A model generated the notes under the pieces. It saw nothing but the letters and a program-made list of their open reading frames with translations. It was not told the origin of the DNA and made no database searches. From assembly GCA_945906965.1 (NCBI GenBank), contig CAMDRP010000001.1, forward strand, positions 32,908-96,907: 64,000 bases of DNA, written 5' to 3'. Shown in pieces: positions 46,752 through 55,406 of the stretch. Every line of letters begins with the position of its first letter. Position 1 is the first letter of the stretch. A program made the translations under genes and the position numbers. The DNA comes from Opitutus sp. GAS368 (GTDB lineage: Bacteria > Verrucomicrobiota > Verrucomicrobiia > Opitutales > Opitutaceae).

Positions 46752-47765
46752 ATGCGTAAAATTAAATCGCGCCGCAAAGCCCAGCCCAAGGCATCGCCGA
46801 CACGTAAGTCCAAAACGAAGCCTAGTACGAAGCGTAAAAAAAAGGTCACTCAGCCCGACCCCAATGAGTTATTCCGTCGGATTCATCGCGAATTGATCGA
46901 TGACTTTGACGAAGAGCTCGAGATGGAGCGCGAGGACTGGGAAATCACGGAAAGTGGCGCCACCGCCAAACCTATCGCGAGCGATGCCGACGCCAAAGAC
47001 CGACGCCAATATTTCACCGAATTGTACCGATTACAGGGTGAACTCGTAAAATTACACGACTGGGTCGTCGAAACCGGCCATCGTCTCGTGATCGTGTTTG
47101 AGGGCCGCGACGCGGCCGGCAAAGGAGGAGTCATCAAACGCATCGCTCAGCGCCTCAACCCGCGCGTCTGCCGTGTCGCCGCGCTTCCGGCGCCGACCGA
47201 CCGCGAAAAGACGCAATGGTATTTTCAGCGCTACATCGCACATCTGCCCGCGGCCGGTGAAATGGTGCTCTTCGACCGTAGTTGGTACAATCGCGCCGGC
47301 GTAGAACGCGTCATGGGCTTCTGCTCAGATACCGAATACGAGGAATTTTTTCGCACCGTGCCGGAATTCGAGAAGATGCTCGCGCGCTCGGGTGTGCAGC
47401 TGATTAAGTACTGGTTCTCCATCTCAGATGAAGAACAAGAGTTTCGTTTCCGCTGCCGCATCAACGACCCGCTCAAGCAATGGAAATTGAGCCCCATGGA
47501 CCTCGAGTCCCGCAAACGCTGGGAACTCTACACCAAAGCTAAAGAAGTGATGCTCCAGCGCACGCATATCCCCGAAGCGCCGTGGTGGGTCGTGCCCGGC
47601 GTCGACAAAAAGAAAGCCCGCCTCAACTGCATCCGCCACTTGCTCACCCAAGTGCGTTACAAAGAAATTAAACATCCGCCGATCTTGTTGCCGCAGCGGG
47701 AATATCATTCTGATTACATGCGTGTACCCGTTCCCGAGGAAATCCACATTCCGCAGGTTTATTGA
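46752..47765 (+). CDS. ppk2: Polyphosphate kinase 2
   Basis: From ATG 46752. PPK2 Walker-A-like FEGRDAAGKGG, plus FDRSWYNR and WWVVPGVDKKKARLN. The listed start at 46455 would overlap the divergent gpx gene and was rejected. Confidence 0.85.
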   Translation: MRKIKSRRKAQPKASPTRKSKTKPSTKRKKKVTQPDPNELFRRIHRELIDDFDEELEMEREDWEITESGATAKPIASDADAKDRRQYFTELYRLQGELVKLHDWVVETGHRLVIVFEGRDAAGKGGVIKRIAQRLNPRVCRVAALPAPTDREKTQWYFQRYIAHLPAAGEMVLFDRSWYNRAGVERVMGFCSDTEYEEFFRTVPEFEKMLARSGVQLIKYWFSISDEEQEFRFRCRINDPLKQWKLSPMDLESRKRWELYTKAKEVMLQRTHIPEAPWWVVPGVDKKKARLNCIRHLLTQVRYKEIKHPPILLPQREYHSDYMRVPVPEEIHIPQVY

Positions 47766-47827
47766 TCCGTTCGATGCTAGCTCGCGTCGCTTGACCCAAG
47801 GCACGCGAGCCGGCCAACTCCTCCGAC

Positions 47828-48109
47828 ATGGAACTTCCAGCCGACGACCTCACCTTCCTGCGCGACCTCGTGAAACTCTCCCGCCAAAAACACCACCACG
47901 TGGCCTGGGTGGACCGAGATGGCACCGACCGTGTTACGACCTTTAGTCAGCCCGAAGTTGTCCGTCTTAATCAACTCGCTCACCGTCTCCGGGTTTCCAA
48001 AGTTGAACTCATGCGCCAGGCCGCCCATATCCCGGTTGGAAAATCGAGCGGATCTTCTAAAAGCGATACTGCGGCGTTGACTCACCCTCCAGCCAGCGAA
48101 GCAATCTAA
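47828..48109 (+). CDS. Small hypothetical protein, possible ribbon-helix-helix fold
   Basis: 93 aa. RVTTFSQPEVVRLNQLAHRLRVSKVELMRQAA fits a beta-alpha-alpha RHH pattern. The C-terminus is Ser/Thr-rich and probably disordered. Coding status is not certain. Confidence 0.35.
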   Translation: MELPADDLTFLRDLVKLSRQKHHHVAWVDRDGTDRVTTFSQPEVVRLNQLAHRLRVSKVELMRQAAHIPVGKSSGSSKSDTAALTHPPASEAI

Positions 48110-48153
48110 TCGTGGTGCTTCGCATCGCAAATTTCGTTAAACCAAAATAAAAC

Positions 48154-48525
48154 ATGAAAAAAATCGCCCTCGCTCTCCTCACCGCTGGCCTACTGGCCTT
48201 CGGCTCGTCCTCAGCCTCTGCCGCCGACACGGCTCCGAAATCTGTGATCCATGTCGTAACCGTCGCTTGGAAAGACGGAACCACTCCTGAACAAATCAAA
48301 GCCGCCCTCGATGGCGCCGCCGCTCTTCCCGAAAAATACAAAGGCATCACTCGTGTTTGGGTGAAGTCCATCAAAGTCCAGGGTGGTAAAAGCAACGCTA
48401 TCGTCATGGAGTTCGCTGATGTAGCCGCGCTCAAAGCCTACTCTGACAGCCCAGCACAGAAAGAATGGTATAAGGTTTACACCCCGATCCGCAAAGAAAG
48501 CACGACGTTCGACATCACGAACTGA
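48154..48525 (+). CDS. Dabb-family (stress-responsive alpha/beta barrel) protein with signal peptide
   Basis: 123 aa. Signal MKKIALALLTAGLLAFGSSSASA, then IHVVTVAWKDGTTPEQIKA...AIVMEFADVAALKAYSDSPAQKEW. Confidence 0.75.
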   Translation: MKKIALALLTAGLLAFGSSSASAADTAPKSVIHVVTVAWKDGTTPEQIKAALDGAAALPEKYKGITRVWVKSIKVQGGKSNAIVMEFADVAALKAYSDSPAQKEWYKVYTPIRKESTTFDITN

Positions 48526-48551
48526 TTTTTTGGATATACATCTTTGATCAA

Positions 48552-48583
48552 GGGAGTCGCCCGTCCGGCGGCTCCTTTTTTTT
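48552..48583 (+). terminator. Intrinsic terminator after the Dabb gene
   Basis: Hairpin GGAGTCGCC-CGTCC-GGCGGCTCC (one G-T pair) followed by TTTTTTTT. Confidence 0.7.
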
Positions 48584-48619
48584 GCCCATACACTACGATA
48601 TATTTTTAGCCGATCTGCG

Positions 48620-49516
48620 ATGAGTCGCCTGCGCTTCATTTATAATATGATTTTCGACGGTCGGGGCGCCCCCACCACGCCGTCCGCCCGACCTGAGCCA
48701 CATACTTGGAGCAATGGTGCGATCACCGGTAGTTGCCTCGGCCACTCTACCGTTTTGCTGAACGTGTTTGGCGTGGGCGTACTGACCGATCCGGTTTTCT
48801 CGCGTCGCATCGGTCCCGGCATTCCACCGTTTATTCTTGGCCCTAAACGTCATCTCGCTCCCGCCCTGCAAGCCAACGAAATTCCAGCGCCGGATGTGAT
48901 TGTGCTCAGTCACGCGCACTTCGATCACCTCGACACTTGGAGTCTGAGAAAATTTCGCCGTACCACGCCTATCATTACCGCTCGCGCCACGGGTGACATC
49001 TTAAGTCGCCTAGGCTTTCACGAAGTGCATGAACTCGATTGGGGGCAATCGCTCACCTTACAAACGCCCAAAGGTGCCCTCGGGATCACCGCTCTCGAAG
49101 TCGCGCATTGGGGCGCTAGGATGATGCGCGACGACCACCGCGGCTATAACGGCTATGTGATGGAGCGAGCCGGTCATAGGGTATGTTTTGCCGGCGACAC
49201 CGCTTACACGGAAAGCTTTGCCCAATTACGCAATTCCAGTCGTCCGCTCGATCTTATGCTCATGCCAATCGGCGCATACGATCCATGGATTCGCGCCCAC
49301 TGTAATCCTGAGCAAGCTGCGACGATGGCCTGTGCGGCCGGGGCACGGACTTTTGTGCCCATCCATCATGAAACCTTTAAATTGAGTAACGAAGCGATGG
49401 AGGAACCCGCGGCGCGCATTCGGGCGGCATTCGCCGATGAGCCTCACCGACTGCTGAGTGTGCACGTAGGCGAGACGTTTCGCGTTCCACTGCGCGACCT
49501 ATCAGCCCAAGATTAA
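48620..49516 (+). CDS. MBL-fold metallo-hydrolase (Lactamase_B_2 / NAPE-PLD-like)
   Basis: 298 aa. HxHxDH motif (LSHAHFDHLD), with a downstream GDTAY and distal His residues. Confidence 0.8.
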   Translation: MSRLRFIYNMIFDGRGAPTTPSARPEPHTWSNGAITGSCLGHSTVLLNVFGVGVLTDPVFSRRIGPGIPPFILGPKRHLAPALQANEIPAPDVIVLSHAHFDHLDTWSLRKFRRTTPIITARATGDILSRLGFHEVHELDWGQSLTLQTPKGALGITALEVAHWGARMMRDDHRGYNGYVMERAGHRVCFAGDTAYTESFAQLRNSSRPLDLMLMPIGAYDPWIRAHCNPEQAATMACAAGARTFVPIHHETFKLSNEAMEEPAARIRAAFADEPHRLLSVHVGETFRVPLRDLSAQD

Positions 49517-49530
49517 TTGGTCGCGCTGGG

Positions 49531-50205
49531 TTAGGGTAACGCTTCAAGTATCGCGATTGCGTCCATGTTCTTAAACTCACGCGCCAAATCGAGCGCCGTC
49601 ACGCCGGGCTTTGAACGCACTTTCGGATCGGTCCCGCGGGCAAGGAGCAACCGCACCATATCGGCTCCCGCTCCAGCGGCCGCTTCGTGTAAGGCAGTAC
49701 CACCAAGTTCGCTCAAGGCATTGGGCGGCGCACCCTGGTCGAGCAAAATTTTGGCCAAAGGGAGATGGTTTTTGGCCGCGGCGTAATGCAGTGGCGTCCA
49801 GCCCACTCGATCGCGTCGCACCGGATCAGCTTTACGTTCCAACAACGCGGCTAATACCGTGGCGTCGTTGCGCTCTACAGCGAGATGCAGCGGCGTACGT
49901 CCTGAAGCATCGGCTAAGTTAACATCGGCCCCGCGCGCGATCAGCAACATGGCCGTCGCGGTCTTGCGACGGAGAATAGCCTGCTGCAACGGGGTTAACT
50001 TTGCCGCACCCACGCGATTGATTGCGGCAGGATCAGCCGCGAGTAAACGCCCGACATCGTCAGCCGTACCGCGCGCAATGGCTTCGTCCATGCTCAAATT
50101 CGGAGCGGGCGTATCGGCCGCAGCGACTTGTCGCAGCACACTTAAGCCGAGTACAAGCCCGAGCAACGCACCGCGTCCGATCAAAAACAAAAAAATGTAA
50201 CGCAT
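49531..50205 (-). CDS. Secreted ankyrin-repeat protein
   Basis: 224 aa with a signal peptide, then about five ANK repeats (e.g. GRTPLHLAVERNDATVLAALLERKADP; GWTPLHYAAAKNHLPLAKILLDQGA). Confidence 0.85.
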   Translation of the reverse strand: MRYIFLFLIGRGALLGLVLGLSVLRQVAAADTPAPNLSMDEAIARGTADDVGRLLAADPAAINRVGAAKLTPLQQAILRRKTATAMLLIARGADVNLADASGRTPLHLAVERNDATVLAALLERKADPVRRDRVGWTPLHYAAAKNHLPLAKILLDQGAPPNALSELGGTALHEAAAGAGADMVRLLLARGTDPKVRSKPGVTALDLAREFKNMDAIAILEALP

Positions 50206-50213
50206 GGTTTACC

Positions 50214-51251
50214 TTATTTTATAGTCGGTCTCAGCACCAGATTGCGATAAGTGACGGCGCCGTGATCACCCTGCAAATAAATCGGGCCGGGGCGAAATTC
50301 ATCCGCCCACAGTGCCCCGCCGGTGCAACCAGCGATTGGTTGATTTGCGATGATGGTCACGCCGTTGAGCACTACGGTGAGATGTCGTTCAACCAGAGTG
50401 ATATCGAGCGTCTGCCATTCAGAGGCCGGCTTCTCCGCCGCTACAGCGGGCGGGATTCGACTATAAAGTGCACCCATGTTGTGAGAATCGAGCGCCCTGC
50501 CATAGGAATCTTGAATTTGAATTTCGTAGATGCCGCGCAGGTAAATGCCGCTGTTGCTTTTGGCCGGCACGAGGACTTCGGCCTTTAAATTAAAATCTTC
50601 AAATTCGCGCTCGGTGCGCAGATTGCCAAAACGCCGCGCCTTTTGACCAACAACGTGCGCGGCTGGCCGGTTAGAAAGCGTGCCCTCAGACACAGACCAG
50701 CCGTTTTCTGCTTTAGCCTCGATCAGGCGCCAACCCGAGAGGTCGCGCCCATTGAATAAATTCACCGATTCACCCCAACGAACCTGCGAGAGATCAGGCG
50801 CCGGTGGCAGAGCTGGAATAAGCCGACCAGTGACATGCTCGCGTTCCATGGCCGTTCCTGCGTTGTTCTGAGTAGAGCGCGTGAGCTTCAAGACATCGCC
50901 GTCGAGGCGACCTTGAAGCGTTTCAGAAATCTGCTGCTTGCGCAGCACAACATCACGCGGACCTTTGCGTGTGACGGTTCTTAAACGCGTCACAATCAGT
51001 TCGCCCTCTACAATCGCAACGCTCTCCAGCGGTTCGACGCTCCCGCCCACCCACAATAAGGAGCCATCATACCAACCTTTTTGCGGCGTGATCTCCAACC
51101 AACCCGCGCGACCACCTTCAAGCGTCAGAGCCCAACGGCCAAAGTATTTCTCTTCTGGCAAGCCAGCCCGCAGCGAGGTCGCGGCGAAACTGGCGACGAC
51201 AAACAAGATATTACGAACTGCGAGGTTCAGACGAGGCAACGAGATGAACAT
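50214..51251 (-). CDS. Secreted DUF1080-domain protein (LamG-like) with an extra N-terminal domain
   Basis: From ATG 51251 with a signal-like N-terminus MFISLPRLNLAVRNILFVVASFAATSL. The C-terminal half has LFNGRDLSGW, NSGIYLRG.YEIQIQDS, GALYS and LNGVTI. Confidence 0.7.
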   Translation of the reverse strand: MFISLPRLNLAVRNILFVVASFAATSLRAGLPEEKYFGRWALTLEGGRAGWLEITPQKGWYDGSLLWVGGSVEPLESVAIVEGELIVTRLRTVTRKGPRDVVLRKQQISETLQGRLDGDVLKLTRSTQNNAGTAMEREHVTGRLIPALPPAPDLSQVRWGESVNLFNGRDLSGWRLIEAKAENGWSVSEGTLSNRPAAHVVGQKARRFGNLRTEREFEDFNLKAEVLVPAKSNSGIYLRGIYEIQIQDSYGRALDSHNMGALYSRIPPAVAAEKPASEWQTLDITLVERHLTVVLNGVTIIANQPIAGCTGGALWADEFRPGPIYLQGDHGAVTYRNLVLRPTIK

Positions 51252-51313
51252 AAAAAGTGGTGCGACAAAACTGGACGCTTCTCGCTGACAAAGACCAGCC
51301 GATTTACTGCTGA

Positions 51314-52396
51314 CTAATCCCAACCGAGCACAGCTCGCAAAGCTTCGATCTCAATCGTAAAATCAATTCGATTGGACTTCGGACTTGTTCCCCAAGGCCC
51401 CTCCCCTGGCACCACCATTGGCGTATAATCTAGCCCACAGGCTTCCGCCAGTTGTGCAAAACAACCATTCACATAATCATGAGCAAAACACTCAATCACC
51501 CGTGTGCCTGGTCGCGAGAAGACCAAATTGGCTAGCCCCGCACCGTGCGGCGCGACCACGATTTTCACTCCACGAAATAGAGCTATTTGTTCAGCCCAAC
51601 TCAGACGCTCAAGCTGCACGCAAATAAATCCTCGGTCGGCTAACGCAGCCATCACCGTGGATTCGTTTTCCACGTGCCGACGCTGAGCCGATGCACGAGA
51701 GATATAAATTCGCTCGGGCGAAAACGCAGTCGGCGTTTGAATCGGCGCGGTAAAATTCACCAGACCTTGCACATGCGCGGCATTCACGCGTCCAACCCAG
51801 CCAGGCAGCGCGGGCACGATCAATTCATCCACTTGCAGGTGCTTGCGCCGGACCGGCTCAATCAAGCGTCCCTGAAAATCAGCAAGCTTTAAGGCTGATC
51901 GGCAGCACTCAGCTTGAGCGTGGGCGATGAGATCTGGTCGATCTCCCCAATCATAAAGGCTGATCAGACGCGGAAGTTCATCGAGTAGCCAATGGGCGTA
52001 ACTGCCGCCAAGCGCCGTAGCCAAGACCGCGAATCGTCCAGCGATGAGCTCGGGTGGACGCAGTTTCTTTTCCTGCAATAACCAGTGACCTTCACCAGTA
52101 CGCCCAAAATCCAACGACACATCGCGTACCACCGTCCTGCCATCGGGCGCGAGGACGATCCCATCTCCATAAACTCGGCCGCCCTTAATTACCGCGATCG
52201 CCTCGCTCGCCCCAATCATTAGCGCCTGCGGATCTGCGCAATCGCACAGTTGCGGGTAAGAGCGCAGGTGTGTTGTTCGTTGAACGGCACTAAGGACCGG
52301 CGCCCGCAACCAACTGGCTCCACCGCGCGACACGAGATTAGCGAGCGTTTCGCACGCGATCGGGGCGGATGAGGACGGAATGACCGAATTCTGCAC
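51314..52396 (-). CDS. GT61/DUF563-like glycosyltransferase (putative)
   Basis: 360 aa. SYAHWLLDELPRL and VAPHGAGLANLVF resemble motifs of the DUF563 (GT61) family. Confidence 0.55.
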   Translation of the reverse strand: MQNSVIPSSSAPIACETLANLVSRGGASWLRAPVLSAVQRTTHLRSYPQLCDCADPQALMIGASEAIAVIKGGRVYGDGIVLAPDGRTVVRDVSLDFGRTGEGHWLLQEKKLRPPELIAGRFAVLATALGGSYAHWLLDELPRLISLYDWGDRPDLIAHAQAECCRSALKLADFQGRLIEPVRRKHLQVDELIVPALPGWVGRVNAAHVQGLVNFTAPIQTPTAFSPERIYISRASAQRRHVENESTVMAALADRGFICVQLERLSWAEQIALFRGVKIVVAPHGAGLANLVFSRPGTRVIECFAHDYVNGCFAQLAEACGLDYTPMVVPGEGPWGTSPKSNRIDFTIEIEALRAVLGWD

Positions 52397-52507
52397 GTCT
52401 CGAGCCTTGCTCCTCCGCGCCTAACGACAATCGACAAACACGATGCCCGTAACGCCACAATTGTCTCTCCATCACCCCAAGCGTCGTATTGAATTCATCC
52501 CCTGCCT

Positions 52508-52852
52508 ATGAAAAAGACGTTTTCCCTCAGCGCCCCCGATCGCAACCCACAGCGTGTCATCGATGCGATTAAACACGATGTGCGCAAGTACGTGAAACGG
52601 GAGCGCCGCAAGGCATTGCCTGCTGACACAGATTTCTGGGACTTCGCCTGCAAGGTCGGCACGACCATCACCGACGCCACCATCAAACCCCTCAACGAGA
52701 TCAACGCCACAATTGATTCCCTCGCCGCAGAAGGTGCGACCACGATCTATTTAGAGATCATCGCCGTCGGAGGTCGCCACATTCGTCATGCCGCTGCACC
52801 ATTAGGACCTGATATCGCTTTGGCCGCTAAACCCGCCGCGGAAACGACTTAA
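52508..52852 (+). CDS. Small conserved hypothetical protein (possibly DUF6172-like; unverified)
   Basis: 114 aa. MKKTFSLSAPDRNPQRVIDAIKHDVRKYVKRERRKALPADTDFWDFACKVG matches a widespread small-protein family as I remember it. Confidence 0.5.
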   Translation: MKKTFSLSAPDRNPQRVIDAIKHDVRKYVKRERRKALPADTDFWDFACKVGTTITDATIKPLNEINATIDSLAAEGATTIYLEIIAVGGRHIRHAAAPLGPDIALAAKPAAETT

Positions 52853-52893
52853 GTTTAAAAGACTTCATCGCCGAGCACTCAAACACGAGCGCT

Positions 52894-53580
52894 TTAGCCT
52901 TCCATGCCGATCACGCTTAGGCTTTGACCGTTATCTTTGGCCCCGAGTCCGAGAATAAACGGGGCTGCCACTTCCGCCCACGCCGCGGCCTTAGGAAATC
53001 CCGCCGCACCGTCGGCCCAGCACGCGCGCAGCATATCGGTGTCTATCACGCCAGGGTTCAACGGGATCGCAGCCATCCCTGACGGCAACTCTTCCGCGAG
53101 TGCCTTCGTGAGACCTTCAATTGCCCACTTTGACGCACAATATGGCGCCACCTCCGGAGCCACACTGCGGCCCCACCCTGAGCTAAGGTTGATGATTATC
53201 CCTTTTTTCTTGGCCACCATCGCCGGCCCAAAATGCCGGATCACGTTGGCCACACCGCGCACATTCACATCAACGATTTTGGTGAATTCACGATCGCTTT
53301 GCTCCCACAGTGGTCCGAGCGGATTCATCACCCCAGCGTTGTTGATTAAGATATCGGGCGGTGATTCGTGCTCGAGCACCTTAGCCGCCCAGATAGCGAC
53401 TTTGGCATCGAGTGAGACGTCGCAGACCATGAAATCATGCGGAGCACCGTGATCCATGCGCAGGTCAAAAATCTCCGTGCCGCTCCGGCCGCAGCCGATG
53501 ACGGTGTGGCCGAGTGCGATAAATTTTTTGGCCAACGCCAAACCTAGACCTCGGGTGACGCCCGTAATCAAAATCTTCAT
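52894..53580 (-). CDS. Short-chain dehydrogenase/reductase (SDR)
   Basis: 228 aa. Motifs TGVTRGLGLALA (TGxxxGxG), NNAG and YCASKWA (YxxxK). Confidence 0.85.
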   Translation of the reverse strand: MKILITGVTRGLGLALAKKFIALGHTVIGCGRSGTEIFDLRMDHGAPHDFMVCDVSLDAKVAIWAAKVLEHESPPDILINNAGVMNPLGPLWEQSDREFTKIVDVNVRGVANVIRHFGPAMVAKKKGIIINLSSGWGRSVAPEVAPYCASKWAIEGLTKALAEELPSGMAAIPLNPGVIDTDMLRACWADGAAGFPKAAAWAEVAAPFILGLGAKDNGQSLSVIGMEG

Positions 53581-53633
53581 GACACTACGATGACGCGAAG
53601 CTAGCGGCGGGCAATCCTACGCAAGGACCCGAC

Positions 53634-54032
53634 TTAGCGACTCTGGAGACTGAACTTATTCAAACCAGTCTTGCGACACGCATCCATCACGAAGGCCAAT
53701 TTTTTCAGCTGCGTCGTCTCATCGGCTTTGATGAGGACGGGGATATCCTTGTCCACGTTCCGCACTTCTTTGAGCAAGCCGATGAGCTCCTCGTCGGTCA
53801 CATTTTTTCCGTTAAAGGAAACCGTGCCGTCTTTATCGATGGCGACGGTGACTGTGCCTTTGAAATCGTTTTTTCCAGCCGTATCCACTTTGGGCAATGT
53901 GATATTGAGCGTCGAACCGATGCGTGCCTGCATGGTCACGTAAGCAAAAAGTACCAACATAACGAGCACGTCGATCAGAGGCACGAGCGGCAATTCTGGG
54001 CGTTTACGCGCCCGCCGATTAAGCAGACTCAT
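53634..54032 (-). CDS. exbD: Biopolymer transport protein ExbD/TolR
   Basis: 132 aa. LPLVPLIDVLVMLVLFA TM helix plus a periplasmic domain. The start overlaps the exbB stop (54029-54032). Confidence 0.85.
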   Translation of the reverse strand: MSLLNRRARKRPELPLVPLIDVLVMLVLFAYVTMQARIGSTLNITLPKVDTAGKNDFKGTVTVAIDKDGTVSFNGKNVTDEELIGLLKEVRNVDKDIPVLIKADETTQLKKLAFVMDACRKTGLNKFSLQSR

Positions 54033-54631
54033 GAGGCAGATTTTTTCACTTCATCGGCTTGTCGAGCTAGGACACGCTCTAAAAGTACGTCGAGCTGAGC
54101 AGCGTGTTTTTCGATCACACGCTGTAGCAGACCGCTACCAATAAGCGCGGGCAGCGCGATGCATAGACCCAACACGGTGGCGGAGAGCGCATAGCCCACA
54201 CTTTCAGTAAATTGAACGGGGTCAGGCATCCGCGTCTGAGGATCCACCACCGAAAACGCGCCGAGCAAACCCGTGACCGTTCCGATCAATCCGATCAGAG
54301 GAGCCGCTGCATAAATCGTATCGAGGTAGCTGACCCCTCGTTCCATTTTAATAATTTCCAGACGGGCATAAGCTTTTGTCGCCTCCGTATCTCCCGTGTG
54401 GCGCGAAGCAAAATTCAAAATTCGGCCCAAGGCCGAGCGCTTATCGCCCGAGGGGGCGCGACCTTCGATCACCGCTTCGGCCAAATCTTCAGGTATCACC
54501 GCCGATTTCCGCAACGCCACTAATCGCTCGACGATTATAAATGTCGCAACGAGAGAGCAGAGGCCCAAGGGATAAATCAACAACCCGGCTTCGCGTACGA
54601 TCCGGACGATATCAATGGAGGCGAAAAACAT
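54029..54631 (-). CDS. exbB: MotA/TolQ/ExbB proton-channel protein
   Basis: 200 aa with three TM helices. Family-typical motif AAPLIGLIGTVTGLLGAF. Confidence 0.85.
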   Translation of the reverse strand: MFFASIDIVRIVREAGLLIYPLGLCSLVATFIIVERLVALRKSAVIPEDLAEAVIEGRAPSGDKRSALGRILNFASRHTGDTEATKAYARLEIIKMERGVSYLDTIYAAAPLIGLIGTVTGLLGAFSVVDPQTRMPDPVQFTESVGYALSATVLGLCIALPALIGSGLLQRVIEKHAAQLDVLLERVLARQADEVKKSAS

Positions 54632-54742
54632 AGAAGTGTGAGCAGGGGGAGACTCCCAGACGGCGCAAAGGTTCAGAAATAGTTATCCAAGGGCAATATC
54701 AGGACTGCGTCAAACGCCGGCCTTTCGTCGGAATTTTAAGAG

Positions 54743-54770
54743 GCGAGCACCGCTAAGCGCAGGTGCTCGC
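54743..54770 (-). terminator. Candidate terminator hairpin after leuD
   Basis: 9-bp stem GCGAGCACC / GGTGCTCGC. On the minus strand it is followed by CTCTTAAAATT, a poor T-run. Confidence 0.4.
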
Positions 54771-54789
54771 GCACTCTCCCCAAAATTGA

Positions 54790-55392
54790 TCAAGCGACGA
54801 GATAAGGTAATTTAGCGGCGGTGATTTTGACCGCAGGCAAGCCATCGATGAGTTCGCCGATGGCATCCCAGCGACCGTTGACGAGCGCATCTCGCGCACT
54901 TTCGCGTTGAGCGATTTTAACCGCATGAGCGCCGAAACGCACTTCGAGCTTAACAAGATCGATCACTACTTCGCCTTGCGGATTAGCTTCGGTGAAGGCC
55001 GCGATCTTCGTGATGTCCTCACGACTAGCGGTGACGCAAGGCATGCCCAACGTGGTGCTGTTACCGAAAAAAATCTCGGCAAAATTTTCCGCGATGACGG
55101 CTTTAAAACCATATTTAGCAATCGCTTGAGGCGCATGTTCACGCGAGGAGCCGCAGCCGAAATTTGCACCCGAGAGCAGAATAGTCGCACCTTTGAAACG
55201 CGGCTCATTGAGCGGATGCGGTTTTTCGGTGCCGTCGAGTTGCTTGCGCACGTCGAAGAAAAGGAATTCACCGAGCCCATCGAAGGTGACGCATTTCATG
55301 AAGCGCGCAGGGATGATGCGGTCCGTGTCGATGTCGTTGCCAGGAACGTTGACGGCGCGGCCGGTGACGGAAGTGATTTTTGCAAGTGCCAT
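54790..55392 (-). CDS. leuD: 3-isopropylmalate dehydratase small subunit
   Basis: 200 aa. DTDRIIPARF, GANFGCGSSREHA and the aconitase swivel domain. Confidence 0.93.
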   Translation of the reverse strand: MALAKITSVTGRAVNVPGNDIDTDRIIPARFMKCVTFDGLGEFLFFDVRKQLDGTEKPHPLNEPRFKGATILLSGANFGCGSSREHAPQAIAKYGFKAVIAENFAEIFFGNSTTLGMPCVTASREDITKIAAFTEANPQGEVVIDLVKLEVRFGAHAVKIAQRESARDALVNGRWDAIGELIDGLPAVKITAAKLPYLVA

Positions 55393-55406
55393 GGTCGAAG
55401 AAAAAT

